A DNA stretch of 62,103 bases, filler included. It is 5 parts of 5 records of this genome, joined end to end, with 100 filler letters (N's around TTAATTAATTAA, not from the genome) between each part and the next. Parts side by side here need not be neighbours in the genome. Positions count along the whole stretch, not along the records: positions 56,428 to 62,103 come from DRR723986_18614; 4 more parts are not named here. One strand, written 5' to 3'. This document shows, in pieces, positions 61,490 through 62,103 of this stretch. A program made the translations under genes and the position numbers. How positions within the stretch are numbered: position 1 is the first letter of the stretch; every line of letters starts with the position of its first letter. Under the pieces are notes generated by a model. It ran no database searches, was not told the DNA's origin, and saw only the letters and a list, made by a program, of their open reading frames with translations.

Positions 61490-62103
61490 CCTATGCGTTC
61501 CCCCCCGGCGGTCTGCCGGATCAATCCCTTAATCCCGAAGGCACGGCGGTCTTTACCGACGCCTATGCGGTGATCCCGGCGGTCACCCAGCGCGACATCG
61601 TCACCAGCTTTCTGCCCGGTTGGAAAGGCATGCGCATGTGGGTCTTGGCCCGCCCGCTCAGCGGTTTTGCTGAGACATTTTCGCAATATGCGGTCGAACT
61701 GACATCGGGCGGCGGGTCAGACACGCCCGAAGTGGACGACGAAGCGCAATCGGTGATCTTGGTCACCGCAGGCCAATTGACCCTCAACATCGACGGGAAA
61801 ACCCATAAGTTGATCGAAGGCGGCTATGCCTACCTGCCACCCGACACTGTTTGGACCCTCTGGAACGATGGTACGGACTTGTGCAAGTTTCACTGGGTGC
61901 GCAAACGCTATGTTGAGGCCGATGGTGTCGATAGGCCGACCGCATTCGTGACCTCGGACAAGGACGTTGCCCCGATTGAGATGCCTGACTGCGATGGCGT
62001 CTGGGCCACCACGCGTTTTGTCGATCCGGCCGATTTGCGCCACGACATGCATGTGAATATCGTGACCTTTAAACCCGGCGGGCGCATTCCCTTTGCCGAA
62101 ACC
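61486..62103 (+). CDS. allE: (S)-ureidoglycine aminohydrolase (cupin; 3' truncated; missing from the ORF track)
   Basis: TTG start overlapping the puuE stop, RBS GGAGG. Translates as MTYAFPPGGLP...AVFTDAYAVIP...DIVTSFLP...ARPLSGFAETFSQY...DLRHDMHVNIVTF. Confidence 0.88.
   Translation, partial: MTYAFPPGGLPDQSLNPEGTAVFTDAYAVIPAVTQRDIVTSFLPGWKGMRMWVLARPLSGFAETFSQYAVELTSGGGSDTPEVDDEAQSVILVTAGQLTLNIDGKTHKLIEGGYAYLPPDTVWTLWNDGTDLCKFHWVRKRYVEADGVDRPTAFVTSDKDVAPIEMPDCDGVWATTRFVDPADLRHDMHVNIVTFKPGGRIPFAET

Overview
This window is not one chromosome segment. It is five unrelated contigs joined by 100-nt artificial linkers (N44-TTAATTAATTAA-N44) at 7215-7314, 31764-31863, 44769-44868 and 56328-56427. 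Contig 1 (1-7214, GC-rich, Rhodobacteraceae-like) carries a PLD-family lipoprotein, a HAD-IIA hydrolase, and acsA followed by a fused pyruvate dehydrogenase E1 alpha/beta gene, behind an FNR-like box. Contig 2 (7315-31763, AT-rich Bacteroidota) has three large T9SS type-B cargo proteins (HYR-like, lectin/SprB and Reelin-like domains), a VPS10/BNR propeller protein, and housekeeping genes (yebC, LPLAT, hemH, lpdA, valS, ECF sigma/anti-sigma, pfkA). Contig 3 (31864-44768, Bacteroidota) has the end of a flexirubin/aryl-polyene-type cluster, then a mobilisation module (oriT-like repeats, RHH protein, relaxase, coupling protein), cargo genes, a VOC pseudogene and a truncated ardC. Contig 4 (44869-56327, Rhodobacteraceae-like) has glycosyl- and sulfotransferases, ggt, an RsbW/RsbV-like pair, thiolase, a small zinc-ribbon protein, ADH, transporters and an AidB-like gene. 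Contig 5 (56428-62103, Rhodobacteraceae-like) has a Mn/Zn ABC transporter and purine catabolism genes (uraH, puuE-uraD, ureidoglycine aminohydrolase). I found no CRISPR array, rRNA or tRNA, and I cannot demonstrate a wholly new system from sequence alone. The best leads are a bacterial Reelin-repeat-like domain in a T9SS adhesin locus, a two-state hairpin upstream of ardC, two divergent genes whose start codons share one CATG, a structured intergenic element between hemH and LPLAT, a pigment cluster abutting a mobilisable element, and a GANTC-rich promoter ahead of an unannotated small ORF. All calls come from motif recognition by eye; no database searches were run.
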